Positions 22,601-31,564 are shown, counted from the stretch's first letter. The stretch: 64,000 bases of DNA from an uncultured delta proteobacterium (GCA_963790475.1 CAWBOS010000010.1:1024001-1088000); one strand, 5' to 3'. Translations and numbers: made by a program. Notes: generated from the sequence alone by a model not told the origin.

Positions 22601-24570
22601 CGCTCGTCGAACAGCGGAGCGGCCGCGGGCGCGTCGTTGTAAAGAATGAGTGTCTTTCCGGCATAGGCGGAAAAATCTACGACCACGTCAGCCCGCACCG
22701 CCGGCATGATGAAAAGTGATTTATTGGCGATGCTCAACACGGTCGGGAGTAGCCGGCTTTGCTCGAAAACAACGGGCTGCGGTGGAATCACCGCCACCTG
22801 AGGCAGAAGGCCGCCTTCGTTCCCGATCTGATACCAGGATGGTCCTTTCAACGCTGGGTCGGGCACTCCGCCGTTACGGCCATCAACCGGCCAATTCGGA
22901 TCGACACCCGGGGCGGCCGGGACCATCTTGACTTCCGTGGGGGCGGCCGGGTCGGCCACAAAGAGCGAGAGGTTGAGGCTCCGGTCGTTGCAGGCATTCA
23001 GGATGCGGAAGCGAACGGCGCCGGCGGGCACATTGACATATGGATAGGGGGTGCCGTTGACCAGCATCGTATCCATGAAGGCTTCAGGGGTGATGGTCGG
23101 GGTCGGCAGATTGGCATTTAAAGGGACTGCCGGCGGATTCAACCAGGGACCATAATCCCAACGGCCCCGCGGGTTGGCCCCGGACGGATCATAGATATCC
23201 TCGTTGGGCATATACTCGTGGGGGAGCCAAAGACTGCCGCCTGCCGGAGGAGTTGTCCCGGCGGCCCAGACCCCATTACCCCCAACACTGTTCCAGCGCG
23301 GGTCCGATGCCGGACGCCCTGGTAAATCAACGGCGGTCGGGTGGGTTGGAGTGGCTCCCGCCGGAAATCCTGCGCCCGGGGGAGTGGTGGCATCGTTGAC
23401 GAAGGTCTTGTCCTGGATGACCAGGGGGATTCCATAGTGGTACACCCCTCCCAGATCAGGAAGGACCTTTCCCGTAGAAGCGCCGGACACATTGGTACCC
23501 GAGATCATGTCTTCCTCGACCTGGTCGGTCAATAAAAAAGGTGCAGCCAGGCCCGCATAGACGTTCAGGCGGGTGATGCCGTAGGCATGGTCGTGGTAGA
23601 ACATGAGCCGGCCGCTCTGCTGGTTGGTATAGTAGAGCGTCCCCATTCCATCGGTACCCGATGGTACAAAGCAGGGTCCTCCGATACAGGGCTGGGCGGG
23701 AAATCCTCCGGGATATACTGAAAGAGCTGAGGGATTTCCAGGACCGGGATAAGACGATCCATTGACCATATCAGGCACGTTCGCAAAGCTCGCGCCTTTC
23801 TGGTAGAGAGGTTGACCCGCAACAGCCGGCTCACCGGCCGGAGTGATCCACTGGTGGGGCGTCCCATCGCTGATCCAGGGAGTGGCGCCGCCGTGGAGAT
23901 GCAGGGCGATGCGGTTCTGGGTGTAATTAACCCCGGCAACGGGTCCCATACCCGCGCCCATGACGGTGGGGTCCACCGGCAGGAAGAGATTGCCATGGGT
24001 TATGGGATCGGAGGTAAGCGGGAGTTCGTTCTTATACAGGACACGCACCGGCTTGCCGTTCCCGTTCTCCCCCGGGGGTTTGGTGGGATCATAGGACTTG
24101 GCGATGATCATAGGTCCCAGATACTGATTGACATTTTGCACACCGGCAAAACCGGGAGCATTTTCCTGCCGGTAGCCTCTCAGCGTGGTCGCCGGCAGGT
24201 CCGAGTGTAACTTCAGGCTATACTGACTGGCGCCGATGACATAGTAGTCGGCATCGGGAAAGGTGGTTGTGTCCGGCCGAGCGATGGGGATGTATTGGTT
24301 GAGATTGTTTTCATTACACGTCCCTGCGCCAAAATTTGGGGTACATCCCGGCGCCCCCAGACCGGGCAGGGCGCTGATAAACTTCCTGATGTTCGGGCTG
24401 TAGGCCCAATTAGGCAGGTCGTAATTCACATTGGAGTTGAACCCGGCTGCCCCCGCTGGGTTGGCTATTGGCGGCCCAAATACTTGGGCATTAGCCTGGT
24501 TGCTTCCCCAGTAAAGGCCAGTCAGCGCCAATACCAGGCCCATAAAAATCAAAAATTTGCTTCTGCTCAT
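19669..24570 (-). CDS. Large secreted multicopper oxidase with a GSGY-repeat insert, Ig-like domains and six C-terminal FG-GAP repeats
   Basis: Copper motifs HLHG, YHDH, HAVHFH and WHCHLLGHEENDM; Sec-type signal peptide; repeats GDFNGDGxxDILW. Confidence 0.9.
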   Translation of the reverse strand: MSRSKFLIFMGLVLALTGLYWGSNQANAQVFGPPIANPAGAAGFNSNVNYDLPNWAYSPNIRKFISALPGLGAPGCTPNFGAGTCNENNLNQYIPIARPDTTTFPDADYYVIGASQYSLKLHSDLPATTLRGYRQENAPGFAGVQNVNQYLGPMIIAKSYDPTKPPGENGNGKPVRVLYKNELPLTSDPITHGNLFLPVDPTVMGAGMGPVAGVNYTQNRIALHLHGGATPWISDGTPHQWITPAGEPAVAGQPLYQKGASFANVPDMVNGSSYPGPGNPSALSVYPGGFPAQPCIGGPCFVPSGTDGMGTLYYTNQQSGRLMFYHDHAYGITRLNVYAGLAAPFLLTDQVEEDMISGTNVSGASTGKVLPDLGGVYHYGIPLVIQDKTFVNDATTPPGAGFPAGATPTHPTAVDLPGRPASDPRWNSVGGNGVWAAGTTPPAGGSLWLPHEYMPNEDIYDPSGANPRGRWDYGPWLNPPAVPLNANLPTPTITPEAFMDTMLVNGTPYPYVNVPAGAVRFRILNACNDRSLNLSLFVADPAAPTEVKMVPAAPGVDPNWPVDGRNGGVPDPALKGPSWYQIGNEGGLLPQVAVIPPQPVVFEQSRLLPTVLSIANKSLFIMPAVRADVVVDFSAYAGKTLILYNDAPAAAPLFDERYDLYTGDPDMRSTGGAPTTPAGFGPNTRTIMQIRVSANGAAPFNLGALQAALPKAFGATQAPPIVKQAAYNPAFGTANVDTFVNNTDSTVNLVGGVQSVSRVLTTLGGSGYTTAPAVSFISADGNGSGAAATAALDGVTAVTVTLGATSPATPYTLPPTVAIVAPIGCGALNNTTCVQATAVASISGGQVTAITVTDPGAGYTAECTAATNPAVTITTALGDPTGAGATAASGLTCGAVAHIQVTNGGSGYTKAPFVYLTGGGGTGATADARLTNDSVIGMKNITEGFDINYGRMNVMLGTTPTPLEATLVPPPPAPAVPGIAQYIDPPSDFWNDGQTYVFRLSHLGVDNHAVHFHLANLQVVNRVDFTNTMLPPEANELGWKETVRTEPFTDLILAVQPRHMSLPFPIPRSTRLMDVTTPAGSTANYIQPAPVPGTPTPAGISNVVTDFGWEYVWHCHLLGHEENDMMRPIVFNPLLMSPPTGNPLPNTTLGKPFWYTNGGPAPAEAVVFTVGAISPATGSDHYRFTLNYVPTSTGVPVSTVVQDWNTLTTWTMTGFPAGSYTLTVDAGTGAAPVAPDVTGELAFEIVPPPATDVTLAVSPPSPQTNNTTVTFTATGVGSNSYQYRFQKNGTTVQDYSTSNTWTMPLSMPSGIYQITVDVRTNPLSATADATSSPLAYTVTVGGDFNSDGFADIVWRNAASGQVEIWNMNGTTLIAEGSPATISDPNWEIRGVGDFNSDSVADIVWRNKATGQVEIWLMNGDTIALQGSPATIGDLNWDIKGVGKREIIWQNKSTGQVEIWQMNGTIIASQASPATVSDLNWDIKHVGNFNGDGSADILWQNKSTGQVFIWLMNGTTLASQGSPGTISDLNWQIRGVGDFNGDGSTDILWRHATSGQVYIWLMNGTTVVSQGSPATVSDLNWEIRGTRDYNGDGKSDILWRNKSTGQVMIWLMNGTTLASQGSPGTVGDLNWDIK
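19672..20547 (-). repeat. Six ~150-bp FG-GAP repeats (third one lacks 6 codons)
   Basis: Repeated GDFNxDGxxDIxWRNxxTGQVxIWxMNGxT...VSDLNWxI. Confidence 0.92.
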
Positions 24571-24724
24571 CTTTATCTCCTTATGTAACTTTTGGTGAGA
24601 TGTTGGGTAGTTCTTTAAAACATTTTCCGGCGATAAATCTTCTCGGAGCTTGGTGCATTTTGAGCAAGCACTCTCCGGCCAATCTTTATCTGCTCTGCCT
24701 CATCACCTCCTCTACTTGAAAAAC

Positions 24725-24764
24725 CAAATGATCCGGAGTCGGCGAACCCACTCCGGATCATTTG
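24725..24764 (-). terminator. Perfect 15-bp hairpin overlapping the FKBP stop codon (terminator or mRNA-stabilising stem)
   Basis: caaatgatccggagt, 10-nt loop, actccggatcatttg. Confidence 0.6.
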
Positions 24765-25450
24765 ATGTCAACGAGCTCGATTTCAAATATGACCGTTTCG
24801 TATGGGCCGATGTGCCCCGCTCCCCGTTGTCCGTAGGCGAGTTGGGGGGGGATAAAAACCTGCCACTTGGAGCCCACGGGCATGAGTTTGAGAGCTTCCC
24901 TCCAGCCGGGGATGACGTCTGAGATCTTGAAGGTACCCGGCCTCTCACCGGAGTTTTCGAACTCCGTCCCATCTATACGGGTGCCCCGATACCGAATCTC
25001 AACGGTGTCGGCCTCGGTCGGTTTCTTGCCGTCCCCTGCCTTGAGGATTTTGTACTGCAGGCCGTTGGGAAGGGTCATCACGCCTTCCTTTGTTTTATTT
25101 TCGGCCAGGAACTCATCACCTTTTTTCTTGTTATCCTGCTGCGCCAGCAGCCGCTCTCCGGCCTTTTTCCGCCTGAGTTCGGAGACGAATATGTTCAGGG
25201 AGGTTTGGAGGTCCTCTTCGGTCAACAGGAGTTTATTGCCCACCGCCGCGTCCTTCATCCCTCTTATAATAATATCCAGATCGAAATCAATTCCCTGGCG
25301 CTTGTAGTTTCTCACCAGCTCAACCCCCATGGCATAGCTTTGCATGTCCTTTTGAGTCTTGAGAACCGGGGCCTGGTCAGCACTCGCCTGAGCAACCAAA
25401 AGTCCAACTACCAAGAACACCAGCCATTTGAGTGTTAAGTTCAACTTCAT
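24758..25450 (-). CDS. Periplasmic FKBP-type peptidyl-prolyl isomerase (Mip/FkpA family)
   Basis: Signal peptide, SYAMG N-terminal dimer domain, GLQYKILK, VIPGWREAL and LAYG. Confidence 0.95.
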   Translation of the reverse strand: MKLNLTLKWLVFLVVGLLVAQASADQAPVLKTQKDMQSYAMGVELVRNYKRQGIDFDLDIIIRGMKDAAVGNKLLLTEEDLQTSLNIFVSELRRKKAGERLLAQQDNKKKGDEFLAENKTKEGVMTLPNGLQYKILKAGDGKKPTEADTVEIRYRGTRIDGTEFENSGERPGTFKISDVIPGWREALKLMPVGSKWQVFIPPQLAYGQRGAGHIGPYETVIFEIELVDIK

Positions 25451-25714
25451 CGTCTCTCCTAACTGTAAAAATGAGGATATTAATTCTTAATCGAGTTGGG
25501 CACTCCCACTTCAAACCCCTTATCCGGAAAACCATGGTATGCCCTTGGTTCCATTTCTATTTTTTTAGTGATCACTTATCTCTTTCTTCTAAATTATTTG
25601 TATTCGAGTATGCACTGATAAAAGCTCAAAATCTATAGGGCAAACCCTGTATTTTTCTATTATTTAAACTGTATCTTTTATAAACTATTTTAGCCAATTA
25701 GAGACTAACTAAGC

Positions 25715-25765
25715 ACCATTACCGATGCTGAAAATTACCATTGACTAATGGTTAAAAATAACCAT
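25715..25765. promoter_or_regulatory. Cluster of ACCAT boxes forming two overlapping palindromes; candidate response-regulator sites
   Basis: ACCATT-gact-AATGGT (25737-25752), ATGGTTA-aaaa-TAACCAT (25748-25765) and a further ACCATT at 25715. Confidence 0.5.
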
Positions 25766-25945
25766 AGCAAGAATAAACGATCATTCTACTGCCGGCAACA
25801 CAGTGCTGATAAATGATTCGGAGGATTCAAGCGGTCACGAATTCAAGCGAAAAGATTAGAAAATGACACTATGGAAGATTAATTATGACATTGTGTTTGG
25901 TTATAGTTACGAGGAACAAAAGGGGTGAAGTGAAAAGACAGGAAC

Positions 25946-26593
25946 CTACACATAGGCTTTTTGTATGGCGTATTTGATGAGATCGGAGCTTTTCTTCAAG
26001 TTCAACTTTTCCATAATATTGGTACGATGGCGCACTACGGTGTAGGGACTGATCTTCAAAAAATCAGCAATATCTTTATAAGATTTTCCTTCGGCGATCA
26101 ACCTCAAAACTTCTTTTTCCCGCATCGTCAAAGAATCAACCAAGGAGAGCCTTCGTTGACTTCGGTTTATTTGCGCCCAATCGGCTATCAACTCTGCGTT
26201 GAGGGACGGGGTAATATAGATTTCTCCGCGCCGAATCGCCTCTATGGCTAAAAACATCTGAGTTTCCGCATCTCCCTTCACCAGGTATCCGTGGGCACCG
26301 GCGGAGAAGGACTGGTGCAAAAACTCAATGTCGCTGTACATTGACAACATCAACACTTTAACCTCAGGATGTATCTTCTTGATTTCAGGAATGGCTTCGA
26401 TTCCTCTGAGATTTGGCATACGGATATCGAGAATGACCATCTGCGGCCTAACCGTTTTCAGGAGATTGAGAAGCTCAAGGCCGTCATTCGCTTCCCCGAC
26501 AACCTCTACATCCGCTATTTCTAAAAGAATCCTTCTTAAACCTTGGCGAAACATGGTATGGTCATCGGCCAAAACGAGTCGATATGGTTCCAT
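25946..26593 (-). CDS. NarL/LuxR-family two-component response regulator
   Basis: REC domain (LADDH, LDIRMP, GYLVK) and HTH LTMREKEVLRLIAEG. Confidence 0.95.
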   Translation of the reverse strand: MEPYRLVLADDHTMFRQGLRRILLEIADVEVVGEANDGLELLNLLKTVRPQMVILDIRMPNLRGIEAIPEIKKIHPEVKVLMLSMYSDIEFLHQSFSAGAHGYLVKGDAETQMFLAIEAIRRGEIYITPSLNAELIADWAQINRSQRRLSLVDSLTMREKEVLRLIAEGKSYKDIADFLKISPYTVVRHRTNIMEKLNLKKSSDLIKYAIQKAYV

Positions 26594-26638
26594 GATTTTC
26601 TTTCACCCTAACTTCTTAGAATTTTTTTTAAAAGGTTT

Positions 26639-28354
26639 TTATTGGGGGGAATTATTCATCAAAATCGGAATGGTAATGTTTATGATGGTCCCCTTTCCCT
26701 CTTCACTTTGGATATCCATCAATCCGTCCAGCATGCACACCCGTTCCTCTAAAATGGCCAGACCTAGCCCTTTCCCATCGGCGGTTCTTAGGAGGGTTTG
26801 ATTAATATTGAACCCCTTTCCATCATCTTCCACCATAAGCGTGATTTGATCCATGTTACTCTTTACCGCTACCGCTATTTCGCTGGCTTTCGCATGCTTT
26901 CCTATATTGTTTAGGATTTCCTGGAATATCCTGTAAACAATAATGTGAGCCTCCTTTGGAACCAAATGGTCGATATTAATGATATCCTCTGTTATCCTGA
27001 CATTATGAAGTTTGACGAAGTTTCTTATCAGCCGATGAATGGCGGCCGTGAGGCCAAAGTTTTCAAGGATATGGGGACTCAAATCTTGGAAGACCCGACG
27101 GACATTTTCCATCAGATGATCGGTGCATCGCATCGTCTCCATACTTAGCTCTCTAAGCTCCTGCTGGTCCTCAGGCAACTTCTTTGCAATATGGCCCAGT
27201 AGGAGTTTGATAACCGTTAGATCTTGCCCTAATTCATCATGAAGTTCGCTGGTAATTCGCCTCCGTTCCGTTTCTTGGGCTTTCAAAAGCTGATTAGAAA
27301 GAAAACGAAGTCTATCCGTTGACTTCTTCAGCTCGTCCTCCACCTTTTGTCGTTCGGTGATTCTTTCCTGCCAACTTTTCGCCTCTTCCTCTGCTTTTAT
27401 TCTCAATCGTTCCTTGCGGATTAATTGGAATGATCCAAAGAGGGCGGCCAAAAAGACCAGGCCAAGGAGGGCCAGCTGGGCCTGTATGCCCTTCTTTATA
27501 AAGCCCGTCACTTCGTTGTATTCTGAGTTAACCACAACAATCCAGGAGGCATTCCCAAACTGTGTCGAACTGAAGGCAGCCAGTTTCTTTGGGCCTTCCT
27601 TGACTTGATACTCTATTTTGCCTTCTTTTTCTTTGACGATCTTTTCAATGTATCCATTGGAGAAATGACATCGGGTACACCTCTCATCCTTCCGAAACAT
27701 GTTTCGTGATATCATCTCGGGATGCTGATAATGATATAAGAGAGTCCCGTCTCTCTTCATAATCCAGGTCTGATGGAGCTGCAATCCGACAGCTTCCGAT
27801 TCTCTCAGGAGAAACTTTTTTAAATCAGTTGTAACGGAGAAGATTCCAACGAATCTTCTTTGGTGTTGGGAATTTTTGTTTTCGGGAAACTCCTGATAAA
27901 CGGGAATTGCAATTAAAGTCTGGTCCATAGCCAGCGGAATAACAAGAACCTGTTCTTTGTTCCCGATTTTCTTTGTCCAGGCAAATAATTCGTCGTACAG
28001 GGCGGTTTGAAATCCAGGTCGGCTGCCGGTCGAATAAATGGTTTTTCCGGATTCATCATAAAGAGAAACCTCTCTAACGTACTTGGCCTTCATCATTTCC
28101 GAGTACAGTTCAATATCCCTTCGCAACCGTTTCATGCCCTCGTATCGACAAGAGGACAGGATTATTTGCAAAGTCATAAAGTGGTCCTGCAAGAATTCTT
28201 CGATTTCATCGGCGACATTTTGGGCATGAACGAGTTGATGTTCCTGAAATTGGGAGCAAACTTCTTCTTTATTCAAATGATAAATGTGGAAGGATAAGAA
28301 AAAGACCCCCGCCATCAATCCAATCAAGGTGAGGGCCATCATTTTCGGTTTCAT
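26639..28354 (-). CDS. NarX/UhpB-type (HisKA_3) sensor histidine kinase with a periplasmic domain carrying a CxxCH motif
   Basis: Two TM helices; QETERRRITSELHDELGQ, QEILNNIGKHA, EDDGKGF and GLGL; CTRCH at 27665-27679. Confidence 0.93.
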   Translation of the reverse strand: MKPKMMALTLIGLMAGVFFLSFHIYHLNKEEVCSQFQEHQLVHAQNVADEIEEFLQDHFMTLQIILSSCRYEGMKRLRRDIELYSEMMKAKYVREVSLYDESGKTIYSTGSRPGFQTALYDELFAWTKKIGNKEQVLVIPLAMDQTLIAIPVYQEFPENKNSQHQRRFVGIFSVTTDLKKFLLRESEAVGLQLHQTWIMKRDGTLLYHYQHPEMISRNMFRKDERCTRCHFSNGYIEKIVKEKEGKIEYQVKEGPKKLAAFSSTQFGNASWIVVVNSEYNEVTGFIKKGIQAQLALLGLVFLAALFGSFQLIRKERLRIKAEEEAKSWQERITERQKVEDELKKSTDRLRFLSNQLLKAQETERRRITSELHDELGQDLTVIKLLLGHIAKKLPEDQQELRELSMETMRCTDHLMENVRRVFQDLSPHILENFGLTAAIHRLIRNFVKLHNVRITEDIINIDHLVPKEAHIIVYRIFQEILNNIGKHAKASEIAVAVKSNMDQITLMVEDDGKGFNINQTLLRTADGKGLGLAILEERVCMLDGLMDIQSEEGKGTIINITIPILMNNSPQ

Positions 28355-28695
28355 CTTTCTTTCCTTGCCGGAGGTGCCGACTGCATGGCTTTTTACGAGA
28401 TCCTTCCCTGATAAATATTTTTCCTCAATAAATAGAAGAATTTCAATAACAAGAATAGAGTATTTTATTAAAAAAAGACTGTATTTTTAATCTACTGCCC
28501 TCATAAGAGTCATCGCATTTATGATCGGGACCGTGCCGGTTATGTCAGGAACAACATAACAGGACTACGATTTCTAAGGTGAATTAGTACCGGTTTGTGA
28601 GACCATTGGAAAGCGTAGCTTCCAAAAGACGGGAGGCAGAAGGGGCAACGATGAGGACGAAAAATTTTGGTCTGATGAGAATAATCGGCTTATAA

Positions 28696-28722
28696 AATCC
28701 GGGTAATCTGGTAAATCCTGTC
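28696..28722. repeat. Nonamer-period repeat relic (AATCCxGTx x3)
   Basis: aatccgggt aatctggta aatcctgtc, with a complementary aacaggact near 28558. Confidence 0.4.
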
Positions 28723-28793
28723 TAACAAGATGGCTTTTTTTTAATTTCAAAAACCGTTTGGATGGTGTTTCCAACAAAGGGAAAGAGCCTGTT

Positions 28794-30230
28794 TTAACCA
28801 AGGCCCTGGCAAAATTCATTGGCAATCACGTTGAGTATCTTGCTCATACCCGCGGGGAATACTCCCTGGGAAGTGCTCCAAGCAATCTCTAAATCGCCCA
28901 CAAGCCCTTTTTCTCCTGACAAAGATAGGGTAAAGGTAACTATTCGGTTGTTCAGCTCCGTAGTGGGCTTAGGGGCTTCCCAGGTAAGGGGTTGGTCCGG
29001 TCTTGCCTTTGGTGTCATGATCGCCTGTTGGATTCCCACCTCCGCAAACAATTCCCCAGCTAATACCCACCTTCCTTCGAGGGTCTTTTCTTCTTCAAAA
29101 GCCCGGCAAAGCAAACGGCTCCTGAAGGCCAGGTACTTGGACTTTTGGGAATCCCGCCACCGGGTGATCAGGTCCCTGAAGAGTCTGGAAAATTTAAAAT
29201 ACCCCAGGAGTCTGGACCCCATGATAAAGGCCACACCCAGGACAACCACCGCATAAGCAGCTAAGGAATTCCGGGTAAAAAGTAAAAAGCCGGCCAAAGA
29301 CGCCAGAAAGAAATTTATCCCATAAAGCATCAGCACCGCCCGGCGATGGGAGAATCCCTTCTCCAGCAACCGATGATGAATATGATCGCGATCGGCTTGT
29401 CCGATGGGGACTCCCCGATGCCAACGTCGCAAGACCGCATAAATCATGTCCACAATCGGAATCCCAAGGGCAACGATAGGGATAAATAAGGCAAAGGCAA
29501 TGGCGCTCTTTTCTGAGGCCCACAAAGAAAGACCGCCCAGATAAAATCCTAAGAAAAGGCTGCCCGAATCTCCTAAAAATATAGTGGCCGGAGAAAAATT
29601 ATAACGCAGAAACCCGAGGCAGGCACCGGCCAAAGCCGCGGCCAGAAAAGGGACTAAAGTATAAACGGTCGGGGAAGTCATGACAAAGAGAATGGCCGCG
29701 GCAAAGGTGGCGATTCCTACGGCCAGCCCATCTATGCCATCGGCCAGATTAAGGGCATTGGTTATCCCGACCAGCCATAATATGGTAATGGGTCCACTCA
29801 GCCAGGAAAGGTCTAATTGTATCCCGAAGGGATTGGAAAGGAGCTGGATCTTCAGCCCGAAGAAAAAGGCGACGCCGGCCGCCACAATCTCCGCCGATAA
29901 TTTCGGCCAGGGGGTTAATCGGTGAATGTCATCCCAAACCCCAACCCCGAAAACGATTAAGCACCCAAGGGTAAGCCCAAGGAGTGGTTTCCAAAAGGTG
30001 TGGATTTCCCGGGTCATGGAATTCCCCAATAGAAGGAAGCAGAGAAAAGGTAATAGGGTGGCTAAAAAGATCGCTACCCCGCCAAGACGAGCAATCTCCT
30101 TTTGATGAACCTTCCTTTTCGCCGGGGAATCAAAAATTTCGAAACGGGTTCCCAATGCCCGCACATAGGGGGTGATGATCAAGGCGGTAATCAAGGCAAT
30201 GGAGAAAAAGAATAAATGGGTTAAGGTCAT
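28794..30230 (-). CDS. wecA: Undecaprenyl-phosphate HexNAc-1-phosphate transferase (MraY/WecA family) with a C-terminal extension
   Basis: RLGG, GVWDD, NALNLADGIDGLA, FLGDSGS and DRDHIHH; start placed at 30230 (ATGA overlap with the upstream GT2 stop). Confidence 0.9.
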   Translation of the reverse strand: MTLTHLFFFSIALITALIITPYVRALGTRFEIFDSPAKRKVHQKEIARLGGVAIFLATLLPFLCFLLLGNSMTREIHTFWKPLLGLTLGCLIVFGVGVWDDIHRLTPWPKLSAEIVAAGVAFFFGLKIQLLSNPFGIQLDLSWLSGPITILWLVGITNALNLADGIDGLAVGIATFAAAILFVMTSPTVYTLVPFLAAALAGACLGFLRYNFSPATIFLGDSGSLFLGFYLGGLSLWASEKSAIAFALFIPIVALGIPIVDMIYAVLRRWHRGVPIGQADRDHIHHRLLEKGFSHRRAVLMLYGINFFLASLAGFLLFTRNSLAAYAVVVLGVAFIMGSRLLGYFKFSRLFRDLITRWRDSQKSKYLAFRSRLLCRAFEEEKTLEGRWVLAGELFAEVGIQQAIMTPKARPDQPLTWEAPKPTTELNNRIVTFTLSLSGEKGLVGDLEIAWSTSQGVFPAGMSKILNVIANEFCQGLG

Positions 30231-31021
30231 GATATCCTTTTGGACATTGTATTCGACCGGTTCAAGAGGCTGGCCATAAAAACCCGGGAGGAAAAAAACC
30301 TGAGTCCGCTTAACGTATGCCATAATAAAAATCTGAGACGGCGGTGACTTTCCCGCCGGGCATGATGAATAACCGAAATCTGCGGATTAAATACAACCTT
30401 GTATCCGGCTAATCTCAACCGGCTGCAAAGGTCAACATCCTCAAAATAAAGATGATACCGTTCGTCAAAGCCGTTCATGGCAGCAAAGGCGGTACTCGAA
30501 AATAACATAAATATACCGGCCACCCAATCCGGATAGAACACCTTGTTCATATCATAGTCCAACTTATCATTTTTTTGTTTTAAAACCCTTTTGATCAGCC
30601 GGACAGGCGTGGGAAGCCGACGGGCATTATCCTCAACTGTTTGATCCCCGGAAAGTATCAGCGGGGTAATTACCCCGATTCGGTCATCGGCCCGTAAATG
30701 GGTATGAAGGGAGAGAAAAGGATCTTGGGTTAACCGAACATCCGGATTCAGGACACAAAAAAAATGGGATCCCCTTAACCGGAAGGCCGCATTATGGTTG
30801 GCCCCAAAGCCCTTGGGGTGCTCATTTTGAATGACTATTATTTTAAAAGAAAAATCATCTTCTTTAAAAGGTATTTTTTCTTTAGCATTTATAGTTACCA
30901 CCACCTCCATATCTTCGTAAAGGCAAAACTGCTCAATATCATTCAATAGCTTATGTACTAAGTCGGCCTGCTTATGACTGACAACCGATAGCAAAATCGA
31001 CATAAGGATCCTTTTCCCCAT
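30227..31021 (-). CDS. GT2 glycosyltransferase (WbbL-like, probable rhamnosyltransferase)
   Basis: GFGANHN, LNPD and GFDERYHLYFEDVDLC. Confidence 0.88.
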   Translation of the reverse strand: MGKRILMSILLSVVSHKQADLVHKLLNDIEQFCLYEDMEVVVTINAKEKIPFKEDDFSFKIIVIQNEHPKGFGANHNAAFRLRGSHFFCVLNPDVRLTQDPFLSLHTHLRADDRIGVITPLILSGDQTVEDNARRLPTPVRLIKRVLKQKNDKLDYDMNKVFYPDWVAGIFMLFSSTAFAAMNGFDERYHLYFEDVDLCSRLRLAGYKVVFNPQISVIHHARRESHRRLRFLLWHTLSGLRFFSSRVFMASLLNRSNTMSKRIS

Positions 31022-31036
31022 CTATATATCTCTGAC

Positions 31037-31066
31037 AAAATATGCTTCATGGGGAATCTTTGTCAA
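31037..31066 (-). promoter_or_regulatory. Putative sigma70 promoter of the GT2-wecA pair
   Basis: TTGACA, 18-nt spacer, TATTTT. Confidence 0.45.
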
Positions 31067-31362
31067 GTGGATTAGATGGTCAAATATTATTTTTCAATTC
31101 AATTCATTTGCGGGTGTGGACCTGAGCACGAAGAGCATCGCCCGGGCAAAGGAGGAGCCGACAAAATCCCAATGTCTCCGTCGACCCGTTATATTTCAGC
31201 CGATCTGAATGAGTACCGTCCCCCGGCCAAGCCGAACCCACTCTTAATCATAACTCTTGGGTAATTATGCAGTGCCCTTAGAATTGTTGATGATGGAAAA
31301 GTTTTGGCCCCCTTTCTATCATAGTATGATTTTTACAGCGAGCCTATTGACATTCTTCTTGC

Positions 31363-31377
31363 TGACAAACTTTGTCA
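31363..31377. promoter_or_regulatory. Perfect palindrome, candidate enhancer-binding-protein site
   Basis: TGACAAA-c-TTTGTCA, about 105 nt upstream of a -24/-12 element. Confidence 0.45.
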
Positions 31378-31481
31378 AATTTTAATCATTTTATTACCAC
31401 CACTGCCTTATCCCGGCCCTTTATTTTCTAATCACTTTCCTTTTATTTAATTATTTAAATAAGTTGAAATGTAATGGATAA

Positions 31482-31497
31482 TGGTATTTATTTTGCA
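31482..31497 (+). promoter_or_regulatory. Putative sigma54 (-24/-12) promoter
   Basis: TGGTAT-ttatt-TTGCA with exact GG-N10-GC spacing, preceded by an AT-rich tract. Confidence 0.6.
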
Positions 31498-31564
31498 TAT
31501 ATAATATCGTTATATTTGACATCTTTCTTTATTATGAACCGTTTAGGAATCGCAAGGAGAAATT

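Noticed and set aside
19921-24588. Numerous plus-strand ORFs opposite the oxidase gene, and similar shadow ORFs over alaS, secA and gmd
   Set aside because: Antisense shadows of GC-rich or repetitive coding sequence with no independent motifs
25636-25650. c-di-GMP-I (GEMM) riboswitch suggested by AGGGCAAACC
   Set aside because: The GAAA loop and second stem are missing, and it is on the opposite strand to the downstream genes
31076-31264. 62-aa ORF or gene relic between the GT2 and beta-helix genes
   Set aside because: No recognisable motif in the frames I read and no clear RBS
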